A DNA stretch of 64,000 bases from an uncultured Comamonadaceae bacterium (lineage in GTDB: Bacteria > Pseudomonadota > Gammaproteobacteria > Burkholderiales > Burkholderiaceae_C), in contig CBIHOF010000002.1 in NCBI GenBank assembly GCA_966211955.1, positions 91,581 to 155,580 of the forward strand, written 5' to 3'. Below, piece by piece: positions 38,273 to 49,177 of this stretch. A model generated the notes under the pieces. That model was not told where the DNA came from and made no database searches. It worked only from the letters and a program-made list of their open reading frames with translations. The position numbers and the translations under genes were made by a program. Numbering within the stretch: the stretch's first letter is position 1; each line of letters opens with the position of its first letter.

Positions 38273-39720
38273 ATCCGCTCGAAGTCAATGAAGCCGCGCG
38301 CCACGTCCACGCTCGCCAGCCGCACGCGCAGCTTGTCGCCCACGTCCAGGCCGTCGAAGCCGCGCACCATGCGTCCTTCGGCCACCGGTTGGGTGACGCG
38401 CACCCACGTGCCCTTGTCGTTGCGGCCGGTGACGATGGCAGAGAACGCATCGCCGATGCGGTCGCCCAGCAGCATGGCCGCGGCCGACTTGCGAATCTGC
38501 CGTTCGACCTTGGCGGCCATGTCTTCCTGCTGCGTGCAGTGCTGTGCAATGGCTCCGAGCTCGGCCTCGGCATATGGTGCGGGCCGGCCGTCGAGCGCGG
38601 CCTTGATGAGCCGCTGCGTCACCAAGTCGGGAAAGCGCCGGTTGGGCGCGGTGGAGTGCGCGTAGTCGCTCACCGCCAGACCGAAGTGGCCCTCGCTGCC
38701 ACGCCCGGCGGCGGCCACCGCGTACTCGCCCGAGCCGAGCAGCTTCACGACGGTGAGCGACAAGTCTTCGAAGTCCTGCGGCCTGGCCTTTCGCTGCGAC
38801 GAGAGGAAGGCGTCGAGCGCGATCGAATCAGGCTCGCTCGGCAGCGCCTGCCCCTGCTCGGCCGCGAGCATCACGATGCGCTCCCAGCGCCGCGGCGCAT
38901 GCAGCACGCGGCGGATCGACGGGAAGCCCGCGCGCTCGAGAAAGCGCGCCGTCACGCCGTTGGCCGCGATCATGAAATCGGAGATGAGCTCCTTGGCGCG
39001 GTTCTTGTCGTCCACGCGCAGGTCGGTGAGCACGCCCTGCTCGAACACCGGCCGTGCCTGCGGCGTCGAGAGGTTGAGCGACCCCTTGCTCGCGCGCAGC
39101 GACTTGAGCGTCTGCGCGATGCGGTCCTGAAGGCGCAGCTGGCGTTCGATCGCCGCCGACGCGCGCACGCGCTCGGGCGCATCGGCCCGGCCATCAAGCC
39201 AGGCGGCCACGCTGTTGTAGGCAAGCTTGGCCTGGCTGCGCACCACCGCGCGGTAGACGCTCGAGTCAATCACGCTGCCGTCGTCGCCGATGCTCATGTC
39301 CACCACGATGGCCAGGCGGTCCTCGGCCTCGTTGAGCGAGGTGAGGTCGGTGGACAGCCTCTCGGGCAGCATCGGAAAGACCTTGGCCGCCGTGTACACC
39401 GAGGTGGTGTTGGCGGCGGCATGGGCATCAAGGGGCGTGCCCTGCGCCACCAGCGCATCCACGTCGGCAATGGCCACCAGCACGCGCACCGCGCCGCCGG
39501 GCGATTCGATGGCGACGGTGAGCTGGTCAAGGTCGCGCGAGTCGTCGTTGTCGATGGACGACCACGGCAAGTCGCGCTGGTCGCGGACGGTGCCGCCGGC
39601 TGCCGGCGTGGGCGCTGTCAAGCCGTGCAGCTGGTCGATCGCGGCCGGCGGAAAGTCGGGCTGCAGGCCGCGCTGCAGCATGGCGTCGCGGGCAAGGGCG
39701 GTGAGCTCGTCTTGGTGCAT
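38269..39720 (-). CDS. RNB-domain ribonuclease (RNase II/R family, short form)
   Basis: SIDNDDSRDLDQ, VAIADV, SVYT, FMIAAN, HFGL....YAHSTAPNRRFPDLV, C-terminal S1-like domain. Start approximate. Confidence 0.87.
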   Translation of the reverse strand: MHQDELTALARDAMLQRGLQPDFPPAAIDQLHGLTAPTPAAGGTVRDQRDLPWSSIDNDDSRDLDQLTVAIESPGGAVRVLVAIADVDALVAQGTPLDAHAAANTTSVYTAAKVFPMLPERLSTDLTSLNEAEDRLAIVVDMSIGDDGSVIDSSVYRAVVRSQAKLAYNSVAAWLDGRADAPERVRASAAIERQLRLQDRIAQTLKSLRASKGSLNLSTPQARPVFEQGVLTDLRVDDKNRAKELISDFMIAANGVTARFLERAGFPSIRRVLHAPRRWERIVMLAAEQGQALPSEPDSIALDAFLSSQRKARPQDFEDLSLTVVKLLGSGEYAVAAAGRGSEGHFGLAVSDYAHSTAPNRRFPDLVTQRLIKAALDGRPAPYAEAELGAIAQHCTQQEDMAAKVERQIRKSAAAMLLGDRIGDAFSAIVTGRNDKGTWVRVTQPVAEGRMVRGFDGLDVGDKLRVRLASVDVARGFIDFERM

Positions 39721-39887
39721 GCGCACTTGTACTTCAAAGCGGGCCGGCCTTGCGCAACGCGTCGGCAAGACCTCGGCAACTGTCGCGTCAAGCGGCACTG
39801 AAGCCGTGACACGATTCAGTGCCCAGCAACCACGTACGACCTGACGCAAGCGAGTGCCGACGGCATGCCGCTTGCCGGCTGACCCAG

Positions 39888-41405
39888 GTGAGTCCACCGA
39901 CTTCCGACCTCTGCGCACCCGCCGCGAACCGCCCCGCCTCGCCCACCCGCGCCGAGGTGCTTGCACTGTTCACGGCGGTGATGCTGCCCATGTTCCTCGC
40001 CGCGGTGGACCAGACGCTGCTGGCCACCGCCACGCCGCGCATCGCGGCCGAGATGGGCAACCTGAGCGACACGTCGTGGATCGCCGTGGCCTACCTGCTC
40101 GCGGCCACGGTGATGGCGCCGGTCTACGGCCGGCTCGGCGACCGCTTCGGGCGGCGGCCGGCGCTGCTCGGTGCCATCGTCGTCTTTGCGCTCGGCTCGC
40201 TGGCCTGCGGCATGGCCGGCGCGATGGGCACGCTCATCGTGTCGCGCGCGATGCAAGGCCTCGGGGGTGGCGGGTTGATGGTGTTGTCGCAGGCGCTCAT
40301 CGGCGAGCTGGTGCCGCCCATCGAGCGGCCGAAATACCAGGCCTATTTCGCGATCGTCTTTACCGCCGCGAGCGTGGGCGGGCCAGTGCTGGGTGGGCTG
40401 GTCGTGCACTACGCCGACTGGCGCTGGCTGTTCTGGGCCAACCTGCCGTTGTGCGTGCTGGCCGCCTGGCGCGTGTCGCGCCTGCCGCGCGCCGCCCCTT
40501 CGCCGATGCGCGACGCGCCCGTGGACCCGTGGGGGCTGCTTCTCTTCATCGTCACCGCGTGCTCGGCCTTGCTGTGGCTGAGCCTGGCCGGCCACCGCTT
40601 CCACTGGTTGTCGCCCATGAGCGCGGCGCTGGTGGCCGTGGCCGTCATCGCCGGCATCGCGCTCGTGCGGCAACAGCGCCGGCATCCGTCGCCGCTGCTG
40701 CCTCTGGATCTGCTGCGCCTGCCCGGCGCGCCGTGGATCTGCGCCATGGTGGTCATCTTTGCCGCGAGCATGTTCGCGCTCGTGTTCCTCTTGCCCATCC
40801 AGCTGCAGCTCGGCCATGGCGAGAGCGCATCGGGCGCGGGCTGGCAGATGCTGCCCCTGACCGGCGGGCTGGTGCTGGGTTCGACGATCAATGGCCGCAT
40901 CACCGCTCGCACGGCACTGCCCACGCGCACGCCGCCCTACGGCCTGGGCGCGGCGGCAATCGCGCTCGCGGTGCTGGCCGTCGCGCCCTCGAACCTGTGG
41001 ATCGTCGGTACCGCGGCGCTGGTCATCGGCCTGGGTTTCGGTACGGTGATGCCGGCAGCGCAGCTGTCGGTGCAGGTTCTGGCGGGGCGCTCACGGCTGG
41101 GCGCGGCTGCGGCCTTGCTGTCGCTCGTGCGCTCGTCGGGCGCGTCGCTCGGCACGGCGGCTTTCGGCGGGCTGGTGTTCACCCTGCTCAAGCTGCAGCC
41201 GGGGCAGGCGGAAGGGCCGATGCTCAAGATCGACGGGCTCGCACCCGAGCAGATCAGCCATGCCTTTCACATCGTCTTCGCCATGCTGGCGGTGTTCGTC
41301 GCCGTGGGAGCCTGGGTGGCCTCGCGCGTGCCGCGCGTGAAGCTCACGCATTGGGACGAGGAGACCGCCCCAGCCAAGGCTGGCCCTGCGCTGGATGAGG
41401 CTTGA
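39888..41405 (+). CDS. MFS transporter, DHA2 (EmrB/QacA-like) drug efflux
   Basis: LAAVDQTLLATA, GRLGDRFGRR, RAMQGLGGGG, GGPVLGG, WRWLFWANLP. Start uncertain. Confidence 0.9.
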   Translation: MSPPTSDLCAPAANRPASPTRAEVLALFTAVMLPMFLAAVDQTLLATATPRIAAEMGNLSDTSWIAVAYLLAATVMAPVYGRLGDRFGRRPALLGAIVVFALGSLACGMAGAMGTLIVSRAMQGLGGGGLMVLSQALIGELVPPIERPKYQAYFAIVFTAASVGGPVLGGLVVHYADWRWLFWANLPLCVLAAWRVSRLPRAAPSPMRDAPVDPWGLLLFIVTACSALLWLSLAGHRFHWLSPMSAALVAVAVIAGIALVRQQRRHPSPLLPLDLLRLPGAPWICAMVVIFAASMFALVFLLPIQLQLGHGESASGAGWQMLPLTGGLVLGSTINGRITARTALPTRTPPYGLGAAAIALAVLAVAPSNLWIVGTAALVIGLGFGTVMPAAQLSVQVLAGRSRLGAAAALLSLVRSSGASLGTAAFGGLVFTLLKLQPGQAEGPMLKIDGLAPEQISHAFHIVFAMLAVFVAVGAWVASRVPRVKLTHWDEETAPAKAGPALDEA

Positions 41406-41627
41406 TGGTGCGTGACGGTGCCGGACGAAGAAGTTCAGGTCGCGGTCAGAGTTCATAAAGAGAAGCAAACCAACAATCTGCACGCTATCGATGCGTCGAT
41501 GTGTTCCATCTCTGGGACTAACCCTTCCCTCAGTCAAGGGGTGAAGCCGACGATCGGTCCGAGTGCGTCATCCGCACGCCGCAGCGCGTCCAGATAATTC
41601 GCCCACCAACAATTCCGGAGGGATTCC

Positions 41628-42203
41628 ATGCATCGCAAACTTCTGGCCGCCGCCGCGCTGGCCCTGCTTTCCGGCGCCGCCAGCGCCGCCAACGTGGCGC
41701 TGGGCAGCACCGTCACCCTCACCGGCTCGAGCTTCGGCGACAGCGGCGGCTGGTGCTGCGGCTCCCTCGCGGCGGGCTCCACGGTCACCGATGGCACCTT
41801 CCTCGCCAATGGCGCGCAGTGGAACACCGACACGGTGTTCTGGACCGGCGGTGCACCCACCATCACGATGGAGCTGGCATCGGCCGCCGTCGTGTCGCAC
41901 ATCGACCTGCAAGCCGACAACAACGACGACTACGGCGTCAGCTACCGCGACATCGGCGGCACCTGGCACAGCCTCACCACCATCTCGCCGCACCGTTCGT
42001 GGGGCCTGGACATGGGCGATGCCACCTTCGGCGACATCACCGCCACCGCGTTCATGATCCAGGCCGTCGGCGGCGACGGCTTCTACTCGGTGTCGGAGTT
42101 CCAGGCCATCGGCACGCCCGTGCCCGAGCCCGAGACCTATGCACTCATGCTGATGGGCCTGGGTGTCGTGGGCTTCCTGGCCCGGCGCCGCAAAGCCGCC
42201 TGA
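41628..42203 (+). CDS. PEP-CTERM sorting-domain surface protein
   Basis: Signal peptide and C-terminal VPEPETYALMLMGLGVVGFLARRRKAA; RBS GGAGG. Confidence 0.93.
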   Translation: MHRKLLAAAALALLSGAASAANVALGSTVTLTGSSFGDSGGWCCGSLAAGSTVTDGTFLANGAQWNTDTVFWTGGAPTITMELASAAVVSHIDLQADNNDDYGVSYRDIGGTWHSLTTISPHRSWGLDMGDATFGDITATAFMIQAVGGDGFYSVSEFQAIGTPVPEPETYALMLMGLGVVGFLARRRKAA

Positions 42204-42223
42204 GCGTCACACGCTTGAGCAGG

Positions 42224-42254
42224 AACGGCCGCGCGATGCGGCCGTTTTCTTTTT
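42224..42254 (+). terminator. Rho-independent terminator
   Basis: AACGGCCGC-GCGAT-GCGGCCGTT followed by TTCTTTTT. Confidence 0.8.
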
Positions 42255-42287
42255 GGCCGCGCTGCTGCAGTCCTGCTGAATGGGTGA

Positions 42288-43322
42288 TCAGCGCGGCTGC
42301 GCCGTGAAGTGCCAACGGATCGTCTGCCGATATACATCGCCCGGCATCAGCCAGCACGAGGGCTGCGGCCATTCCGGATGGTTGGGGCTGTCCGGCAGGA
42401 ACTGCGGCTCAAGCGCGATGCCGGCGCAGGCTGGGTAGGTCGTGCCGTCGCGCGACGGGATGCCGCCGAGGTACTGGCCGGCGTACATCTGCACCGAGGG
42501 CAGCGTGGTGAAGAGCTCCATCGCGAGACTGCCGTCGGTGGCACGCAGCTGCGCCGCGGGCTGGCCCATGCGCGCGCAGCCGGCATCGAGCAAGAAGGCG
42601 TGGTCGTAGCCGGCGCCGGGCTTTTGCTGCTCGTCGCGCATCCAGTCGTGGGCGAGGGTCTTGGGCTCGCGGAAATCGAAGCCGGTGCCTTGCACGGGCG
42701 CGAGCTCGCCGAGCGGGATCAGATCCCCGTCCACCGGCAGGAACTTCGCCGCCGGGATGCGCAGCACCTGCTGTCGAGCATCGCCGTGGATGGCATCGAG
42801 ATTGAAGTAGGCGTGATTGGTGAGGCACACCGGCGTCGGCGCGCTGGTCCGGGCCTCGGCCTGCATCTCGATCACCAGACCGTCGAGCAGGCGGTAGGTG
42901 ACGCTCACGTCGAGCTGCCCCGGGAAGCCTTGGTCGCCGTCGGGCGAGACGAGCGTGAACACCGCCTCGCGTTCGTCTTCTGATGCGATGGTCCATCGCA
43001 GCTTGTCGAAGCCACCCGGTCCACCATGCAATTGGTGCTTCGAACCAGCGTTCGGCGTGAGCTGGGTCACCTCATCGCCGCGGCGAATGCGCGCCTGTCC
43101 GATGCGGTTGGCGTAGCGCCCGATGGTCGCGCCGAGGAAGGCGCCGACGGCCTGCGGCTCACGCGTCGACGCGCGGCCGAGCAGCACTTCACGCGACTCG
43201 CCGCCCGGCATCGGCACCTTGCAGCTGAGCCAGGTCGCGCCCAGATCCATCAAGCTGAGGGCCAGTCCACTCGGGTGACGCAGCGTCAGCACGGCGGGCG
43301 ATTCGGTGGTGTCGAGGGGCAT
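42288..43322 (-). CDS. galM: aldose 1-epimerase (galactose mutarotase)
   Basis: GATIGRYANRI, HQLHGG, DGDQGFPG, TNHAYFNL, YDHAF, GIALEPQFLPDSPNHP. Confidence 0.93.
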   Translation of the reverse strand: MPLDTTESPAVLTLRHPSGLALSLMDLGATWLSCKVPMPGGESREVLLGRASTREPQAVGAFLGATIGRYANRIGQARIRRGDEVTQLTPNAGSKHQLHGGPGGFDKLRWTIASEDEREAVFTLVSPDGDQGFPGQLDVSVTYRLLDGLVIEMQAEARTSAPTPVCLTNHAYFNLDAIHGDARQQVLRIPAAKFLPVDGDLIPLGELAPVQGTGFDFREPKTLAHDWMRDEQQKPGAGYDHAFLLDAGCARMGQPAAQLRATDGSLAMELFTTLPSVQMYAGQYLGGIPSRDGTTYPACAGIALEPQFLPDSPNHPEWPQPSCWLMPGDVYRQTIRWHFTAQPR

Positions 43323-43510
43323 GGGAATCAGGGGTGGGTCGTGCGGATGTCGAAGGCGAGGACTCGCCGCGACGCGCGACACGCAAGCCCTCGGGCACGA
43401 AGTAGAACACGCAGGTGCGGCCGCCCCAAGCCTGCCTGGAGCGGCCGCGTTCGCACCGCGGTCACCGCGCGCGCTTCGACGCGCCAGCTCGCCGGGTCAA
43501 TTTCGCCGCG

Positions 43511-43876
43511 TCAGTTGCGGCTCGGATCGTTCGGGGCCCGGTCCATTCCGTTCGGCACGCCGTCATGGTCGCGGTCATGCCGTGCCCAGGCGCCGCGCTG
43601 CAGGTGCCAGCGCCCGTTGTGTTCGACCCAGGTCGGCTGCGAGTAGGCATAGCCCGCGCGTTCGCGGACGTAGGTGCCCGGCACCCACACGTGGTGGCCA
43701 TGGCGCCAGTCCCAGTAGCCCGGCACCCATTGGTAGCCCACGCGCGGCGGCGGCGTCGGCTCGACGCGCACGGCGGGAGGCGCCTGCTGCACCCACACGG
43801 TGGTCGCGGCGCCTGCAGGAATCGCGGTGAGCGATGCGGCTGCGATGCAGGTGGCGATGAGTGTTGTCTTCAGCAT
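43511..43876 (-). CDS. YXWGXW-repeat exported protein
   Basis: Signal peptide, PPAVRVEPTPPPR, WVPGYWDW, WVPGTY, C-terminal DRDHDGVPN. Confidence 0.85.
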   Translation of the reverse strand: MLKTTLIATCIAAASLTAIPAGAATTVWVQQAPPAVRVEPTPPPRVGYQWVPGYWDWRHGHHVWVPGTYVRERAGYAYSQPTWVEHNGRWHLQRGAWARHDRDHDGVPNGMDRAPNDPSRN

Positions 43877-44115
43877 GTCGATACTCCTGTCCATCTAGGA
43901 AGCTTCGTTGTACCGCCGAGCTGTGGCCGCACGGGCGAGACAAGATCGGCTGCGGCCGTAGGAGAAGGCCGACTTCACGTTCGAGCAACACAGGCTGAGG
44001 GTGGGCGATGTGCCGGCGAGCGCCCACCGCTGCAGGCGCGGGGCCGTCCCGCCACCTGCGGCGGCTCGCGAACCTTGTCAGCCGCTGGATGCAGCCGCAG
44101 TCGCCGGCGGGGCGA

Positions 44116-44367
44116 TCAGTCGTTCGCGTCGTCGGCCGCGAGGAACTTCACCAGCCCCTTGTCGGTGAGCTGCACCCGCAGGTGCAGCCCCTCGTGCAGC
44201 GCGGAGATGCTCACCGCGCTGCGGTGGTCGATGAAGCACAGCATGCCGTCGCTGTCCACGCAGCGCGCGGCGCCGAGCTCCTCATCCACCGAGGTGATCA
44301 CCACGTCCGCGGTGCGCAATACCGGCTTGTGAACCAGCCGGCCGATGTCCAGTAGCGGCACGCTCAT
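44116..44367 (-). CDS. hypothetical protein
   Basis: 83-aa ORF beginning 3 bp after the upstream stop; composition looks like a real protein. Confidence 0.55.
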   Translation of the reverse strand: MSVPLLDIGRLVHKPVLRTADVVITSVDEELGAARCVDSDGMLCFIDHRSAVSISALHEGLHLRVQLTDKGLVKFLAADDAND

Positions 44368-44370
44368 GCG

Positions 44371-44610
44371 CTACTTCTTCTTGCCGCTGCTGTTGTTGCC
44401 GCCGCTCTTGCCGGTGTTGCTGGCGGTGTTGTTGCCGCTGTCGATGCTGCCGGACGAGGACTGCTTGCCGGAATCCTTGGCCGAAGCCGAGCCGCTGGAA
44501 CCCGAACCCGAGTCCGAGGACCCCGACGAGCCCTTGCCGGACTTGCTGCCTTCGGCCGCACGCTGGCCGCCACGGTCTGCCTTTGTCGCTTGCTGTCCTG
44601 ATTTCGCCAT
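44371..44610 (-). CDS. small Ser/Gly/Lys-rich low-complexity protein
   Basis: Strong RBS AGGAG; MAKSGQQ...SGKKK, 79 aa. Confidence 0.65.
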   Translation of the reverse strand: MAKSGQQATKADRGGQRAAEGSKSGKGSSGSSDSGSGSSGSASAKDSGKQSSSGSIDSGNNTASNTGKSGGNNSSGKKK

Positions 44611-44804
44611 CACAACTCCTTGGGTCGAGCGCATTGCTCCAGCCAAGTTCGGCAAGCCACATGCCCGGGCCTGCCTGCCGCGGCCCTTGCACGCGAGGCG
44701 CACCGAAGCGTCCGTCAGGTGACAGCGCTCGGCAGCCGAGCCGCAGCACAATCGGCCGATCCTTGCACCAACGCAACTCCTACGCCGCGCCACCGGAGGC
44801 CCCC

Positions 44805-46151
<1,347 letters not shown>

Positions 46152-46266
46152 TCGGTCGTTTCGTCGGGCGGATGAAGGTGTCCGAAAACGGCTGGCGGGG
46201 CTGATGCGCGCGGCGTAGCCTTGGGGCGTCACGCTCATGTCGAGCGAACACCTCCAGGAATTTGCC

Positions 46267-46704
46267 ATGGCATCCATCCGCCGCGAAGTCACCATCGATG
46301 CGTCTGCCGACACGGCGTGGGACGCGCTCGCCGACATCGGCGCCTTGCACACGCGGCTCGTGCCCGGCTTCGTCACGGACTGCCGGCTTGAAGGCGAGGG
46401 CGAGGCTCGCGTCGTCACCTTCGCCAACGGCGTCGTCGCGCGCGAGCTCATCGTCGACGTGAATCCGCAGGAGCGCCGCGTCGCGTGGTCAGCGGTGGGC
46501 GGCCGGCTCACGCATCACAACGCGTCGGCGCAGGTGCTGGGGCATGGCGAGATGCAGTGCCGCATCGTATGGATCGCCGACCTGCTTCCGCATGAGATGG
46601 CGCCGGCCATCGCCGGGATGATCGAGCAGGGGTTGGCGGCGATGAAACGGGCGCTGGGCGGGGCGGGTCCTTCGACAAGCTCAGTCCGAACGGAGATGGG
46701 GTGA
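46267..46704 (+). CDS. SRPBCC (polyketide cyclase/START-fold) protein
   Basis: SIRREVTIDASADTAWDAL, RVVTFANG, RRVAWS; RBS CAGGA. Confidence 0.85.
   Translation: MASIRREVTIDASADTAWDALADIGALHTRLVPGFVTDCRLEGEGEARVVTFANGVVARELIVDVNPQERRVAWSAVGGRLTHHNASAQVLGHGEMQCRIVWIADLLPHEMAPAIAGMIEQGLAAMKRALGGAGPSTSSVRTEMG
46670..46693 (+). repeat. short REP-like dispersed repeat (copy 2)
   Basis: CTTCGACAAGCTCAGTCCGAACGG; see 12020-12043. Confidence 0.5.
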
Positions 46705-46887
46705 TCGCGCGGAGGCGGCGAACGCCTGCGTCGAAGTCCTCGTCCCAGACCCCGGCGCCACTTATCACCCTGTCGTTGCCAAGGACAGCCTCTTGCGGCG
46801 AAGGTGCGCCGCTCGGCGCACTGAATGTTTCGTCCCTGTGCGGCACAAAGCTTGCGACGGTGCGCCACCGTTCATGAAAGGTGGCTG

Positions 46888-47940
46888 ATGAAGAAAGGCA
46901 ATCTCCCTCTCCTGGCGACCGCGCTCTGTGCGCTGGCGCTCGGCCTGTTCGCTGCCGGTGCCAATGCGTCGCCGAAGTGCCTCACCGAATGCACGCCGCG
47001 CATCGGCATCGTCTCGGCCTTCGGGCAGGAGGCGGACATCCTGGTCGCGCAGACCACCGACAAGCGCGAGCACGTCATCAACGGCAACCGCTTCACCACG
47101 GGCCGCCTGCGTGGCAACCGCGTGGTCATCGTGCTGAGCGGCGTGAGCATGATCAACTCGACCATGGTCACGCAGCTGATGCTCGACCACTTTCGCGTCG
47201 AGCGGCTGCTCATGAGCGGCATCGCCGGCGGCGTGAACCCGGCGCACCACGTGGGCGACGTCACGATCCCCGACCGATGGGCCATGCCGATGGAGGTGTA
47301 CTGGAGCCACGATGCCAGCGTGCCCGCGCCTTGCGGCAAGGCTGGTGACGTGAGCTGCCTCGGCCTGAACCTCGCGGCGCCCAACGGCCAGGCGCTACCG
47401 CCCTTCAACCTGCCCAACGCGCCCACCGGCCTCTTCATGCGCGAGAACTTCGTGATGACGTCGGCCCATGCGCCGGCGGGCGAATACCGCTTCGACTACG
47501 AGGTGGACCCGGCCATGCTCGCGGTGGCGCGCGGCATCCACCCCGAGCTGCAGCGCTGCGGGCCGAAGGCCACGCCGCAGCCCAACGGCGAGCCCGACCC
47601 CAAGCTGTGCGTGCACACGCAGCCGCAGCTGGTCATCGGTGGGCGCGGCGTGTCGGGCACGGCCTTCCTGGCCAACCCGGACTACCGCCGCTACCTCTTC
47701 GACACGCTGCAGGCTCAGACCTTCGAGATGGAGACCGCGGCGCTGGCCCATGTGGCCTATGCCAACCATGTGCCATACCTCGCCTTCCGGAGCCTGAGCG
47801 ATCTCGCGGGCGCGGAGGAATTCAATGCCGACGTCGGTGCGCTCTTCGCGAGTGGCCTGGCAGAGACCAATGCATCCGCGGTCACGCTGGCATTCCTCGA
47901 TGCGTGGGCGAAGCAGCCGCGCCAAGGTGGAGCGAAATGA
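46888..47940 (+). CDS. exported MTA/SAH nucleosidase-like protein (purine phosphorylase fold)
   Basis: Signal peptide, GIVSAFGQE, SGVSMINS, SGIAGG, GDVTIP, FEMETAA, FRSLSDLAG. Confidence 0.85.
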   Translation: MKKGNLPLLATALCALALGLFAAGANASPKCLTECTPRIGIVSAFGQEADILVAQTTDKREHVINGNRFTTGRLRGNRVVIVLSGVSMINSTMVTQLMLDHFRVERLLMSGIAGGVNPAHHVGDVTIPDRWAMPMEVYWSHDASVPAPCGKAGDVSCLGLNLAAPNGQALPPFNLPNAPTGLFMRENFVMTSAHAPAGEYRFDYEVDPAMLAVARGIHPELQRCGPKATPQPNGEPDPKLCVHTQPQLVIGGRGVSGTAFLANPDYRRYLFDTLQAQTFEMETAALAHVAYANHVPYLAFRSLSDLAGAEEFNADVGALFASGLAETNASAVTLAFLDAWAKQPRQGGAK

Positions 47941-49007
47941 TGAATGTGTCCTCCTTCAAGCACTCGCTCGGCGCGCGATTGCTGACGACCCTGGTCGTGC
48001 TGTGCACGTGGTTGGCCGGGAATGCATCGGCGCAAACCGCACAGGCCGCGCCTCGCCCGCTCAAGGTCCTCGTCATCACCATGTTCGAACCCGAGGCCAC
48101 GCCGTGGATCGAGCCGCTGCACCTCACCGAGAAGATCGCGGTGCCCGGCCTCTTGCCCGACAGCCCCGACCTGCGCTGCAACAGCGACGACGTGTGCCTG
48201 CTCACCGCGGGCATGGGCCACGCCAACGCCGCCGCATCGACGCTCGCCGTCACGTTGGACCCGCGCTTCGACCTCACGCACACCTGGTTCCTCATCGCCG
48301 GCATCGCGGGCATCGACCCGGCACAAGGCACCATCGGCTCGGCCGCGTGGGCACGCTACCTCGTGGACGTGGGCATCGCGCATGAGATCGATGCGCGCGA
48401 GATGCCGCGTGACTGGAAGACGGGCTACTTCGGCATCATGACCCGCGGGCCCGGCGAGAAGCCGAAGTTCGACTATCACACCGAGGCCTTCCAGCTCGAC
48501 GAGGCGCTGCTGCAGAAGGCGATTGCGTTGAGCCGCAACGCGGTGCTCGAGGACAACGACAAGGCGCGCGCCTATCGCGCGCGCTACAAGCGTGCGCCGG
48601 CCAACCAGCCACCGGCTGTCATCCAGTGCGACACGCTGGGCGGCGACACCTGGTGGCACGGCCACCTGCTCGGCCAGCATGCGCGCGACTGGACCCGTTT
48701 GCTCACCGGCGGCCGCGGCACCTACTGCACCACGCAGCAGGAAGACAATGCGACCTACAACGCGCTCGCGCGTGCGGCCAGCGCCGGGCGCATCGACATC
48801 AAGCGCCTGGCCGTGCTTCGCACCGGATCGAACTTCGACCGCCCAGCGCCGGGGCAGACCGCACATGCATCGCTCATCGCGTCGACAACGGGTGCATCGG
48901 GCGGCTTCATGCCGGCGACGCACAACCTGTACAAGGTCGGCGGCTTGCTGGTGGAAGACATCGTGCGGAACTGGCCGCAGTGGCGCGAGGGCGTGCCGGC
49001 GCCTTGA
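47937..49007 (+). CDS. NUP (purine nucleoside permease) family exported protein
   Basis: ATGA overlap; signal peptide; KVLVITMF, AGIAGIDP, YCTTQQEDNAT, RTGSNFDRP. Confidence 0.82.
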   Translation: MMNVSSFKHSLGARLLTTLVVLCTWLAGNASAQTAQAAPRPLKVLVITMFEPEATPWIEPLHLTEKIAVPGLLPDSPDLRCNSDDVCLLTAGMGHANAAASTLAVTLDPRFDLTHTWFLIAGIAGIDPAQGTIGSAAWARYLVDVGIAHEIDAREMPRDWKTGYFGIMTRGPGEKPKFDYHTEAFQLDEALLQKAIALSRNAVLEDNDKARAYRARYKRAPANQPPAVIQCDTLGGDTWWHGHLLGQHARDWTRLLTGGRGTYCTTQQEDNATYNALARAASAGRIDIKRLAVLRTGSNFDRPAPGQTAHASLIASTTGASGGFMPATHNLYKVGGLLVEDIVRNWPQWREGVPAP

Positions 49008-49046
49008 GATTGGCGGGGCTTCACCGCTTGACGATCCACGTTCAAC

Positions 49047-49107
49047 CACCGAGGACACAGAGAACACACAGGCATTCTTCTCCTCCGTGTTCTCTGTGTC
49101 CTCTGTG
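49047..49107. repeat. long intergenic inverted repeat (stem-loop)
   Basis: CACCGAGGACACAGAGAACAC ... GTGTTCTCTGTGTCCTCTGTG, 21-bp arms with one mismatch and a 19-nt loop. Confidence 0.75.
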
Positions 49108-49177
49108 ATTCAAAGAGTCTGTGTATTGGCATGCCAGTTGCAAACGGTGCCCAGCATCGAAGCTCCTGGATGCACCC

